A DNA stretch of 64,000 nt, taken from assembly GCA_030141605.1 (NCBI GenBank), contig JAQGDQ010000990.1:1-64000 (forward strand). Reading direction: 5' to 3'. The stretch comes from Tubiluchus corallicola. Taxonomy: Eukaryota; Animalia; Priapulida. Both the position numbers and the translations under genes were made by a program. Positions 47,405-59,990 of this stretch are shown in pieces. Position 1 is the stretch's first letter. Each line of letters begins with the position of its first letter. A model generated the notes under the pieces. It had not been told where the DNA came from. It made no database searches and worked only from the letters and a program-made list of their open reading frames with translations.

Positions 47405-48099
47405 TGATATATCTACGTTTTCATTGTTCGGGAAGCATTGAATTGTGGTTGAAAATGGGTTGAAGGTCTTGGGTTAGTTTGCCACTGATGCCTTGGTTGC
47501 ATTGAGCAAGCTGTTCTTCACTGCATTGCAAGAGTGCTTTTGCTTGTTTTCCTTTTACACTTGTTTACATATTGTTTTGATGTAACTGTATCCTGCTTAA
47601 TTTCCTTACAAATAGCATAACCAATTGTTGAACTTTTGCTTTTAATTTTCATTTGATTGCCAATGTTGGTTATTTGTAAACTTTTGTGAATTTTGATGTC
47701 TCTTTTTTTCAGATATCACATTTCTATTTGTCAATTTGTCATTTCTAATCTTGCTTAAAGCATTTTAAGTATTTAAGCATCTAAGTAAAGGGTTCCTTAG
47801 TTCTTGTACTATGAAACAATGAGCAGCCACAAACCAGAGGCATAATTGACTCAGGTTTGAGGTTATCACCTTTTTGAGAGAGTTCTTTCAGCTTCGCTGC
47901 TTACCCATATAATTGGCTTATTTGGGGAGTAAACCATGCTGCTTTTATTATTTAAAGTGATTTTTGTTATATAAAACTGTAATGGCTCAATTATGCCAAT
48001 ACAGTAACCCATTTTCTTGTCAGAAAATGGCCTTTGTAACATCTTCAATAAATGTTTGAATTCAGTGCAGCTTGATTCCATGTTGTTACCTTTTTTCAG

Positions 48100-48288
48100 T
48101 GGCAGACATTGATGTCTGAACTTGGAGGATCACTTGGATTATGCTTTGGTTGTTCTATTCTGACGATATTTGAGTTTATTGAACTTATGTTTATCATGCT
48201 GAATGGAGTGAGAGACAGAAATAAAGTGAAAACGATTAAAGTAAGACCAGAACAGCAAAAGAAGGTGCGCCAGGTTGTTGGTAAATAA
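48100..48288 (+). CDS. Terminal exon of a DEG/ENaC (ASIC-like) channel: TM2 and C-tail
   Basis: tttttcag acceptor; WQTLMSELGGSLGLCFGCSILTIFEFIEL...*, with the GxS filter; AATAAA at about 48450; not in ORF track. Confidence 0.85.
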   Translation, partial: WQTLMSELGGSLGLCFGCSILTIFEFIELMFIMLNGVRDRNKVKTIKVRPEQQKKVRQVVGK

Positions 48289-48969
48289 TGTATATCATTG
48301 TCAGTGGCAGCACTAGACATCTGTCTTGTTACTGAGTAAACACTTAACTAGACTAAGTTTAATTAGCCAAATTTGTTGAGTGTATTTTTAGATTTTTATT
48401 GTATGCTTTGCAGTTCATGGTTATTGTTATTTCATCATTTATATTTGACAATAAAGCACCACCAAGTCGCCCTGCGTATATCATAATCACTTTAACATTT
48501 ACACTTCCGTTTGGTGTGGCACGTGGGGCAGGAGGATTTGTTAATGGTTAGTTGATAATGTTGTTCATGTTTACAAAAATTTGCTCCATTTATAAGAGTT
48601 GTATTTGGTAATGGAACACTATAAGGTTACTGTAGCAAAGTTTTCCTAATTAAACATTTTCCATTGAACCAGCACTTCTACCTGAGCACTGTGGTAATCT
48701 TACATAGCTGTTATTAGTTTAGAAATTGCTCATATTTAGTAATGATTTTGACACACTGTAAAATTTTTGCGTAGGGCGTACCTCAATATGAGGAGATAGT
48801 GCAAAAGGCTGTTCTATGCATAACAAAACAAAATTTAATGAGATTACTCTTGGTAGAAAACCTAATAATATCAGATGATGCATACAGTACTCAGTTGTCG
48901 TTTAAAGTTTTAAAATATGATCTGTTTCAATGTTTCACAATAACTTGTAATAGCAAATTGTGAATTTGC

Positions 48970-49199
48970 ATGATACTTAATGTTCATTTTTTGTATGATA
49001 CTTAATGTTCATTCTTTGTAGGATGCTTAATGTTCATTCTTTGTATGATACTTAATGTTCATTCTTTGTAGGATGCTTAATGTTCATTTTTTGTATGATA
49101 CTTAATGTTCATTATTTGTATGATACTTAATGTTCATTCTTTGTATGATACTTAATGTTCATTCTTTGTAGGATGCTTAATGTTCATTATTTGTATGAT
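48970..49199. repeat. 25-bp minisatellite, resumes at 50225-50360
   Basis: TGATACTTAATGTTCATTCTTTGTA. Confidence 0.92.
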
Positions 49200-50224
49200 T
49201 GTGACGATGTAGTATAATTTTCGATTTTGTAAAAGGGTGGCCAGTGACTTAAGTGTAACCCTTAGGTAAAGAATAAAACACTTAATCTGATATGATGAGC
49301 AAAACTATTGGAATAATAAGAATTTAATCAGCACCAACACATTATAATCAAACAGACAAAGTTTAGGCAATCAAGTAAAAATTAACAGTAGACATTTAGC
49401 CAGCAGGATTAAAAAAACTAACAAGAAAATTTTTATCACCAATCTTTCCTCGAGGTAAGTTTCACCTGTCTTCGTCCGCCATCTCTATCCAACGTCATCT
49501 TTCGGATTTTTCAACATCGGGCTTCTTCATGAAATAACGCACTACGAAACGGCAGGCTACACCATCTCTCTCTCTCCTGCTTCCTACCACGTAAACGACA
49601 TCACCAAAGCCCGACAAACTCCGATCACTTCCTCCCGTCAACTCACACGGCGCCAAAACTGCATTGCGTTCGTCCTCCATTGCTGTGCTCGTCACAAGAT
49701 AACTTTGTAACGGCAGTAACGCCATCAGCAGAAAATATGTGTTATCGACACCACGTAAATACAATCAGCAACAGGTACAATACGTAAGTATCATCACTGG
49801 CTGGCAAGTATCATCACTAGTAGGTGAGTATCATCACTCAGCAGGTAAGTATCAATTATGTCACAACCATATTGACAGATTTGTTTTACTGTAAGGCAAA
49901 AGTTATATCTACTAGAGCATCATTTTGACATGAAAGCATCCGCTCAACTCGATAGCTTCGAGCAGAATACCTGGGCGAACTCTACTGCCAAAAATTTCAT
50001 TTACTTGGCTTCAATTGCATGATGTAGTAATGCATAGAAAGGTCACATTCAAGATACGGGTAAAATCTAATTTCAGAACGGGTTGGTCTCCAGTGTCAAA
50101 ATGTCAAACTTATTTTAGTGGCAAACTTACTTTATATGAAAATTTAAAATGCCTAATGTTGAAATTATAACAGATCAAGAACTAGTTACATAACCTGGCC
50201 TATAATAACGATGGTAGCGTCACA
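49200..50224. mobile_element. Solo-LTR-like insertion, 1025 bp
   Basis: TGTGACG...CGTCACA ends; 5-bp TSD ATGAT at 49195-49199 and 50225-50229; splits the minisatellite. Confidence 0.8.
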
Positions 50225-51311
50225 ATGATACTTAATGTTTATTCTTTATGTGATACTTAACGTTCATTTTTGTATGATACTTAATGTTCATTCTTTGTAT
50301 GATACTTAATGTTCATTCTTTGTATGATACTTAATGTTCATTCTTTGTATGATACTTAAAGTTTGTTCTTTGAAATTATTCGCTTGCTGGTCCTTTCTTT
50401 GTCTGGTTCACATGCCAGTGGGCTTATAAGAATCTTTGCTTCTCTAGCCCACTGCAGTAGCTATTCTTTTATGGTAACTATAGTGTATGAAACATAATAT
50501 AATAGTATGATGTGACTATTTTAACAGTTTGTCGCTATGTATTTCGAGTTAATATTGTATAGAATGTGACACTGATAAACGTCATCTTCAAAAAAAAATT
50601 GTAAAATCAAGCATGGGCTAATTGTAAGCACCCGTGTTTGCAACGAGACTAGTACCGGTCTCGACTCGCCGAGATTATAGCTTTTTTAAAGGTCTCAGTC
50701 TCGGTAGGCAGTCTCGGCGGGAAATCGAGACAACTTTAATAAAGGTAACACAAATAAACAATTTTAACATTAAACCGACTCGAACAAAAGTAGAGACTGC
50801 AAAAACTGATAAAAACTTGATAAAATTTGTTTCAGACTTGATAAAATGAGACACGTGTCGGCAGTGGACTCCATCAAGAATCTTATGTTTGCTGCTGCTA
50901 GCTTACCAGCAGAAAGATTGTACAATGTAGATCGTAGATTGCAGAGTCACATGGTTTTCTAAACCAAAGCACCAGACAAACTTTTTGCTATAGATTTCTG
51001 TTTATTGTCCAGCGGCGCCTGGTGGGACTCTAAAATGATCCCTGAAATGATAAACGTCCACCAGTACCAAAAAATGTAGTTTTGCTCTGTAAATGAGTAA
51101 GAAGCTGCCTAAATGTGACCAAGGTTGTTTTCACACCCATGTTTCTAAGTTCAGCGAATGTGATGACCACGTTTTTGTAGCAGATAATATTTTCACAATG
51201 GTTAGTACCACCATTTTCAAGTGTTTTTCGCCGATTACAAATGCAGTAATAAAAAACGTTCTAAAAACTGACTTTATTCTTATTTATTGCATGTCTACAT
51301 CGTATTAATTT

Positions 51312-51592
51312 CGGATATATATATATATATATACATAACCATTCACTATATTCACAGTGATCTATATAACAAACGAACGGTCTTAATCTAGTGTGCTCGC
51401 AGTTTTCTGCAAAACTTACACCTCTTATTTCTAGAGAAAGAGCCAGGGTATGGTGCTGGTGATAGTTAGATAACCGTAGGCGAATTTAGAATTCGCGGAA
51501 GGGCCACGGCGTCCCATAACTGGCGTTTTCCTGGACCCAACTCCCGATTTTTTTCGAAATTTTGATCAAATGGCCTGTAGAAAAAACGTACA
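51312..51592 (+). mobile_element. Old degenerate copy of the Helitron family
   Basis: TTTAGAATTCGCG..GGGCCACGGCG...GGACCCAACTC.CGATTTTTTCGAAATTTTGA matches 15025-15130. Confidence 0.7.
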
Positions 51593-51877
51593 CAATGTGA
51601 TGATTATCTTGAGCGGTGATATTTCTAGCATACTGGTATTTTAAAGTTTGCTTACATTTCATTGTAGTCAATAATTGTCTCTCACACTTTTTACAGAATT
51701 GAGGCAAACTGGCAAAGAAATTTTTAATTTTAGTGAAAAACCAAAGTCACTGTACATATGCTAAAACAATTTTTGAGACTTGCTAACGAATGGCAAATAG
51801 AAGCCAAAGACATGTAGTTTTCTAAACCTTTCCATGCGTGTGACGAATGCTACGGGTAAATGTACTGCTGATAACAG

Positions 51878-51961
51878 CTAGGTGACAGCTTGTTCTTTTT
51901 GTCCCAACTGAGATTGCAGGTTCTGTATAAGCTCTTCTTTGACCTTGAGTCGTTTTTCCAG
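51878..51961 (-). CDS. GABA-B-receptor-like terminal exon (coiled coil)
   Basis: ttttgcag acceptor; LEKRLKVKEELIQNLQSQLGQKEQAVT* with heptad leucines. Confidence 0.7.
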   Translation of the reverse strand: MEKRLKVKEELIQNLQSQLGQKEQAVT

Positions 51962-52374
51962 CTGCAAAAAATTCAAATTCTACGTAATAATCATTTATAC
52001 TGTGTTAGGTGAGTACACACAGTCGCACGCACGCAGGACGCAGACACACGCACGCAAACACGTGCGTGCGTGCGTGCGTGCGTGTGTGTATTCCATTAGT
52101 ATATTACGCTAGGATGAGTAATGTTTTTAATGTATATAAGTGTGGTTCACTTATAGCAACAAAAGCGGTCATTGTAGTCAGTAATTAGTAGCTAGTGAAC
52201 CACTAAGGCCTATTTCGCTATATTTAGTTACCACTTTTCGTTGAATTTAGGCTTTCCATTTCGATCTTAAGTTGTTTATATGTATTTTAACGAAATGTAG
52301 TGTATAGCTTATGAAAGCCACACGTTTAGGAATTAGGATACGCCTGGCATTTGCATTAACATACCATAACCTAC

Positions 52375-52530
52375 CTCTCGAACTCTTTGCTTCGAAATTG
52401 TTAACTCAGTTACTAAAACACCAACTGGTTTTTGCTTCTGCATAGTCCCTTCTATTTTAGACACATTTGCCGATGATATTGATAGGTTGTCCACTGTTTT
52501 GACGTCATTCACGTTTCTGTAACCTTTTAT
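52375..52530 (-). CDS. GABA-B-receptor-like C-tail exon
   Basis: tttgtag acceptor, gtaggt donor, 52 open codons IKGYRN...KQRVRE, phase 0/0. Confidence 0.7.
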
Positions 52531-53494
52531 CTACAAAGAAGGTATTTTGTAGACATTTACGAGCTTCAGGTAGAATCTTAAAGAACAAGAAAACCCCAAA
52601 TTAACATAAAGCTTAAAAACGTCTTGAAATTTTATATCACTCTCTGTCTCCGTCTCCCGCTCTCTCTCTCTCTCTCCTTCCTTCCCTCTCTTTCTCTTTC
52701 TCGTTCTCTCTCTCTCTCTCTCTCTCTCCCTCCCTTCCTCTCTCCCTCAGTCTCTCCATACTGCCTTTTTACATACAGAGCTTCAACCGGCAGTAACGCT
52801 GTATAAAACATGTAAATTTAAACTCCCTCGATGACCGTTATTCGCGGCCATTGAACGGTAAGTCGTTTGAAACAAGTTTAGATAACATTGTGTAAACTTT
52901 GAAAAAATAATCAGAGCATTTGTAGCGCACATGTTACTAACTAAGTAAAATTTTTAATTTCTGTAGCTTGTTAATAAGATTAAATATACGTTTTTGGTTA
53001 GTAAGTGGCGCACCCACGAGGGTGAGTCAGCGACATTTTACAAATATGGGAAAACATTTTAAATAATTATTTCTAGTTGCATAAGTCTTTCCTGCAGGTA
53101 AGCGAAATGCTAAGTAATATACATTTGCATGGAAAGTTTTTGGGGACATAATTTAACATTGTCTTTTCTTCCCCTGATTTACAACTGTGTGACGTCGTGT
53201 AATGGCGACTTCGGAACAAGTATTGCGGGAGATTTAAAATTAAGACAAACAAAAATTTCTTTCAATGCGAGCACGATATATGCATAAAATTGCTATAAAT
53301 TAATATAATTTTTAAAGCGATTTTTCTGAAACTTACTTCATGTATCCCTTTTCTTGTCCTTTAACTAAATACGTTTGTTGAGGACATAGATGTCAGCTAC
53401 ATTCAATGTTGCAGAATCGCGATATAAAAGTTCGCAGCTTGACTCGTATATCTTGATTAATAGCTTAGTTAAATGCTGCCTGAGCTGAAGTAGA

Positions 53495-54152
<658 letters not shown>

Positions 54153-54195
54153 CTTGGTCCTTCTTTGCAAAATATAATCATCCGTACTTTCTTAC

Positions 54196-54384
54196 CTTGG
54201 GCACAAATATAAAGCAAATAGTGAACGTTGTTCCGAAAACTATTAAACGCGAGACAATTCCATATCTGGACGATGGCTGATCAGAGAGTACAAAAGTTAC
54301 TGCTACTCCCATTATAGACAAGACTGCTGCATTGTAGATGCATACGCCAATTAACTGTGAGTCGTTCAGAACTTCTACTTTTAC
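54196..54384 (-). CDS. GABA-B-receptor-like class C GPCR exon (TM6-TM7)
   Basis: VKVEVLNDSQLIGVCIYNAAVL...DQP...FGTTFTICFIFVPK; LNDS, YN and FVPK signatures; cag acceptor, gtaag donor, phase 0. Confidence 0.88.
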
Positions 54385-54569
54385 CTGAGAAAAAAGATGT
54401 GTTTGATGAAAGATTGGCGATCTTAATACAAGTGTGACAGATATTCACACAATATCAATTAATTATTTGGAATACATATTTGTAACCTGATGAGAAAAGA
54501 TGTTTGCCAGTTCCCTGCACACTATTTCCTTCTGCAGTGATAACACACATTGGCTTTATTCCACAATAT

Positions 54570-54588
54570 CACCACTAGGTGGCAGCGC
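54570..54588 (+). promoter_or_regulatory. Candidate CTCF motif
   Basis: CACCACTAGGTGGCAGCGC matches the CCACYAGRKGGCRS consensus; motif only. Confidence 0.35.
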
Positions 54589-56199
54589 CCAGTAATGAAC
54601 AATAGTCAGCAAGCAACAAAAACATTAAAAAACAATGACAACACGTAGGATTCCACAGCAATCATTTACTCACCTGCTGCTGCTGCTGCTGCAAGTTTGA
54701 ATTTTAAATTACTGCTTGCTGGAAAGTTAGGCGATTCTAGTTCACCTCCCCCTGTACCTATTAGTCGTAGAGTGATTGGCCTTGTCTCTTTTGGAGATTT
54801 CTTTTTCAGCACTAAACAAGTGCTGGCGGTCGGCATTTTAGTAATTTATAAAACAAACAATGAAAATCAGCCGAACCTTTGCACTGTCATACACCAATAA
54901 ATATAGCAGAAACAATATCCTCTCAATGCACACGAGACCTATTTACTCTCGGCAAGACATAAAATAATAATGTACGTAGCTCACCTTCAGATGCTGATAA
55001 GGCAACATTTAAGAAGATGCTTGATTAAAATTTAAAGGCTTTGTCGGTTAGCGCATGGCAACCAGGATGTTTAACTACTAAAGCACTTTAATACATGCCA
55101 GTCTTGTTTAGCTTAATTAGTGTACATTAGCGGACCGAGGTTTGTTACACGTAACAAAAGTACGTCATGTATAGAATATTTATTGTTACGGCCGATGAAA
55201 TCTGTGAAGAACGAAAACTTCTAAGGAAAAAAAGGAATTTTCTGAGACTTAAAGGGCACTTTGACATCTTTGACGGTTATGATTGTGACAAGTCACAGAA
55301 ATGCACAATCTTATTTTCTTTTGACTTATGGTCTAAATAATATGGTTCATGCTGACCTCTTATTGACAATCTGGTTCTTATACTACAACAGAAGAATATT
55401 CTCACACAGGGACAGGCCACATTTGGGCGCAAGACATTTGAGGGCCATCGCCTTCGTAAGCTGAATGGCAACGTGACTCGACCATGCAAGAATAAAACAT
55501 TTCCGTGTTGCGTTCCAAACCCACAATGTTGCCCTGTAGGGTGAAATTGTTTGAATCCTCGTTCACTGCCCTCTTACCTAAGAACTTAGAACTCTTGAAA
55601 TGTTACTCTCGTGAGTACGATCGTGCAATTAAAGCTGGAAACCACTACAAGTTACTTAGCATGTGTAAAAGCACTACTGCAAACGCAACATATGATTCAC
55701 GCATTTCACAAGAGACAGACAAAAGAGTTACAATTATTGTTATCGTACAATCCTGATATTGTACTCATGCATTAAGCACTTGCTCATTAATTGATCTGAT
55801 CGTTTTCCAGTTGGTAACTTGTATAAACAACTAAAGAACTCATTCTGTGTTATTTTTTCTAACGTATACATTATATTATTATTACATTATATTACAGTAC
55901 GGCTAGCTGATTTGCTGCCCTGAGGCTTATGGTTTTTGTGCAACACTAAACGCTGTTGAAATAAAATGCTGAACAAAATTCGTAATGTTTTCTACATCGT
56001 TGATTTCGATCGTTCAACAAGAATGTTAATATTAAAAGTGAAACCAGAAATTGCAGAGTCAATTGACTGGCCTTAAATTTTTATATCACTGCATATGTTA
56101 AATATAGTAATGTGATTTTAGTGAATAACGTGATATAGTGAATCATTAAAAGTTTAATAAACAAAAATAAAAAAACTAGGAACAACATTAAATTTTATT

Positions 56200-56460
56200 G
56201 GCGCCCAAATGTTTCGTACCCAAGTTTCGTGTTCAAGTGTCTCTGTGCCCAAATATCCCATGTCCAAATGTCTCGTGCCCAAATGTCCCGTGCCCAAATA
56301 TCTCATGGCCAAACATCCCGTGCCCAAATATCCCGTGCAAAAATGTCTCTATGCTCAAATGTCTCGTGCCCAAATGTCCCGTGCCCAAATATCTCATGGC
56401 CAAACATCCCGTGCCCAAATATCCCGTGCCCAAATGTCCCGTGCCCAAATGTCATGTACC
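56200..56460. repeat. 15-bp minisatellite, possibly a DNA-transposon subterminal array
   Basis: TGCCCAAATGTCCCG units; inverted motif CATTTGGGCGC at about 55420. Confidence 0.85.
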
Positions 56461-57334
56461 CTTTCACAGAATATTCTTAGATACTATTCTCACAAGATGG
56501 GTGCACTTCTTTTTTAACTGGACATAGGAAGCATTCACTGAAATTGTGCACCTACTGCTTAAAAGCATTGTCTTGACATTTTCTTAGCACCCCCCCCCCC
56601 CGACCTCAACCCCCTTGTGGAGCTGAATGCCACAAAAAAACATGAGAGAGAGCTATTTGGATGTAAGAAGAGCGCTCCACTTTGTCAATTCTTGCAAGTA
56701 TGATACGATTTTTCTAAATTTCTAATCCAGCTATTAAAAGTTGAACTCGTTGAGCTGGTTACAAGATTGATGCATCTACTATAATAGGAAGACTGTTGTA
56801 AAGCACTCAATCTGGGTGGCACAATTTTTTACTCTCACCGAGAATGCGCAGTGTGCTACACAATAAATGAACATCTAAACACGTGTGACGACTGAACTAC
56901 GTGTGTAAACGAAAATACATAAACGAAGTTAACGAAGCAAAATAAGATAATTAAATTTCGTGTAGCAGAAAGTTAGAAATTATACGTATTCTAATGACAA
57001 GTCAAGTTTAATGTTTCCTTGTTTTCAGTGTCAGTGAGTAAAAGACTAAAAGTCGATTTCTCTTTGTGTCACGTTTTATGAACTGATGAGCTAATTAATC
57101 TATTGTAGTTCTTTGTCACTTATTTTGAATACCCCAAATGTCTTATACCTTGAAAGCTCACACTTAGTATTTTCCTCTTCTTTAATTAATTAAAGCAAAG
57201 AGACAGAAATTGTCACATTTTTAGCCAGGCACATTTTAGAAATCTTTGGGCGTGCAACCAGCTAATTTTCACGTCAGTAGATATTCATTGTTCAGTGTTC
57301 AGTCAACCATTTGCTATACGTTCATCAGAATTCA

Positions 57335-57685
57335 TCAAACATTCAACTAACTAAGTATGACATTTTACAGATCATCAAATATTCAGCTAACTAGTTATGA
57401 CTTTTTGTAAATCATCTGACATTCAGCTAACTAGTTATGACTTTTTACAGATCATGAAATATTCAGCTAACTAGTTATGACTTTTTACAGATCATCGGGC
57501 ATTCAGCTAACTATTTATGACTTTTAATAAATCATCAGACATTCAGCTAAGTAGTTATGACTTTTTACAGATCATCAGACAATCAGCTAACTATTTATGA
57601 CTTTTAATAAATCATCAGACATTCAGCTAACTAGTTATCATATTTTATAAATGTACAGACGTTCAGTTAACTAGTTATTACATTA
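57335..57685. repeat. 40-bp minisatellite
   Basis: CTTTTTACAGATCATCAGACATTCAGCTAACTAGTTATGA. Confidence 0.92.
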
Positions 57686-59719
57686 AATCCTTAAAAAATT
57701 CAAATTTCATTATAATAAGTCAGAAAAATTTAACAATTACAATGATGAGTAATGTTTAAATTAACCTTGATTAATATATAGAAAGATGTATCATTATCGT
57801 ATCAGCAGTGCTTGATTTCATTCCACTGTATTTAACGCGGATCTAAATAATGAGATGAGGCTCTACAGGATTTCATTAAACAGAAAATCTGGCTTTAACA
57901 TCTAATTAATTACATTACAATTTTGTTTTCAGTCATCTCTCTATCATAGTTGATTGCTCACAAATCCCTCCTTACTAGCCCTTTTAAACCATGCTTAACT
58001 TGTTCAATTCTGATTCACTGTTTTGTTTTCTTTATAATCTTTTCATTTTTTTACTCGTTTTTTAACGAGCTTGGCTTTCAGAGTGATTTACGACACAATG
58101 GCAGGTTGTGAACAAGATTTAAAACCACAGTTATCTCCCTCAGACCCTCACCATTTAAAATAAGACCTATGAATTTTCTTCTAATGTATGGGCGCAGACA
58201 TAACTAAATGATTGCAAATTAGGTACTGTTCTATTCAGCAGAATAACAACTATACAATGATGTTGCTTGCTTAGGCATTTATAAGTGGTTAATTCGGATA
58301 AAATTTTAAAAAACGCCCACTTCAGGCATACTAACTTAGCTTATTGAGTAGCTTAGTCTGGCGTACACTTGCGTGATCGTAAAGGTAGCTACTGACGTAC
58401 ACTAGCGAAAAGGTAGAAAATACACTATTATGGTTAGATTGGATAAAGGAGATGTTCCAACATAACTGCATACAAAAGTATCAAGATATTACGACGGCCT
58501 AGGCTGAGTCCCACCCATCTTTATTGTGGATTCATTATGATCGCTTGTAAAAGAATTGCAATACGCATCTACTTGTGGTGTATTAGTAGCTCTATTACCT
58601 AATACTTATGTGGTTACTGTTAATGAGCCGTTAAGCTGCGCAACTGCTTGTAGTTGTAGAACCTTTTACGTCATAATTGTACTTGTTATATGGCACTTAT
58701 ATAAAAGTGGAGTCAGTAGCTGCTTGTGACGGGTTATAAAATACGCGCTTTATATGAATATGAAAGGATACGTATTTTCGAGGAGAGTGAGAATATAATT
58801 TAACATTGACCCCCATTAAATCTGGGCGCCCCCCAAAATTTGGCACCTTGAGCTACAGCCTAGTTAGCCTGTTGGCAAGAACGTCCTTTGTCTGCATGGT
58901 AACACTAAAGAGAACCTAAAACAATCATTTAAGCGCCTCGAAACGTGTACAAAAAGTGTACAAAAATGTAGGTGTATAATGCTTAATTCTCTCGTATTTC
59001 CCTTTTGCTAAAGCAAGTGAAGAAGAGAAGTCTGTTTTGTAACAGTTTAGCATAAAAAAATTAGATTTTTGTACAACAACACAAGATGGTTTTATTTGAA
59101 GTGAGACATAATAAACTTATAAACCGTTAGCTAGTGTTTTGTGAAGTAGGGGATTCTGCATGTCTGGATCCAGCAGCGCTTAGATGATGCGGATGCTGAA
59201 GACCGATTGGAATTCATCTCATCGCCCATTCATCTCATCTGCTAACCATCATCTTAAGGATTTTTTGGCTTCCTGCAGAAGTCCAGCACACAGTGGCATT
59301 GCCTATTCAACGTTGAAATTGTGACATGACCTGAAGACTGGAGCCTGGTTGCTCGTTATCAAGAATATTCCTCTATAAGCATGAGTAATTGAATGAGCTG
59401 AGCTGTTTCAGCTGGTTCAGATGTATATACATCATCCTCGTATAAGTAAACAACATGAGTATCAGAAAGAAACCTCTAAGAGTAAATCCAGGTAGTCATG
59501 ACCCAGTCACATAGTGTCTGCGCATATTCAAGTATTATAAATAGAAACTTTTAATTTAGTTAACCTAGGTATCAGTCATGCCATTCATTCATTCATTCTT
59601 TCAAAAAACAAAAAATCTAGTTTTGAGTCCCAGCGGAGGGCAATTTTTTTAATTTGCTATTTTACTCACAGTTATAAACTTCTTTGATTGTGCAAGATTA
59701 TTTTGTTATTTATTATTTT

Positions 59720-59990
59720 GTGCAACTAAAAACTTACTACACCATACTGGATACTGATGATTACTGGGATGGAGACGAGCGATATTTCAACACATCTCGT
59801 CTGGCTGCAAATATGGCGCCAGTTGAAGAAACATCACACAAAATCATCATCTCTGGAGGACCTCACATGGTACTGTCTGTCCTCCAATGCCTCTTCACCA
59901 TGGGTTATCCCAGCGACCGCATTTGGCGCGGAACAGATTCGTACCGTCTATAGCGAAAGCAAAACTTTCGGGACACACTTTGGATTGAAA
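59720..59990 (+). pseudogene. NADH-cytochrome b5 reductase-like C-terminal fragment
   Basis: LKTYYTILDTDDYWDG...IIISGGPHMVLSVLQCLFTMGYPSDRI resembles CYB5R FKLWYTLD..W...LMCGPPPM...GHPTER; apparent frameshift into FGAEQIRTVY. Confidence 0.5.
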
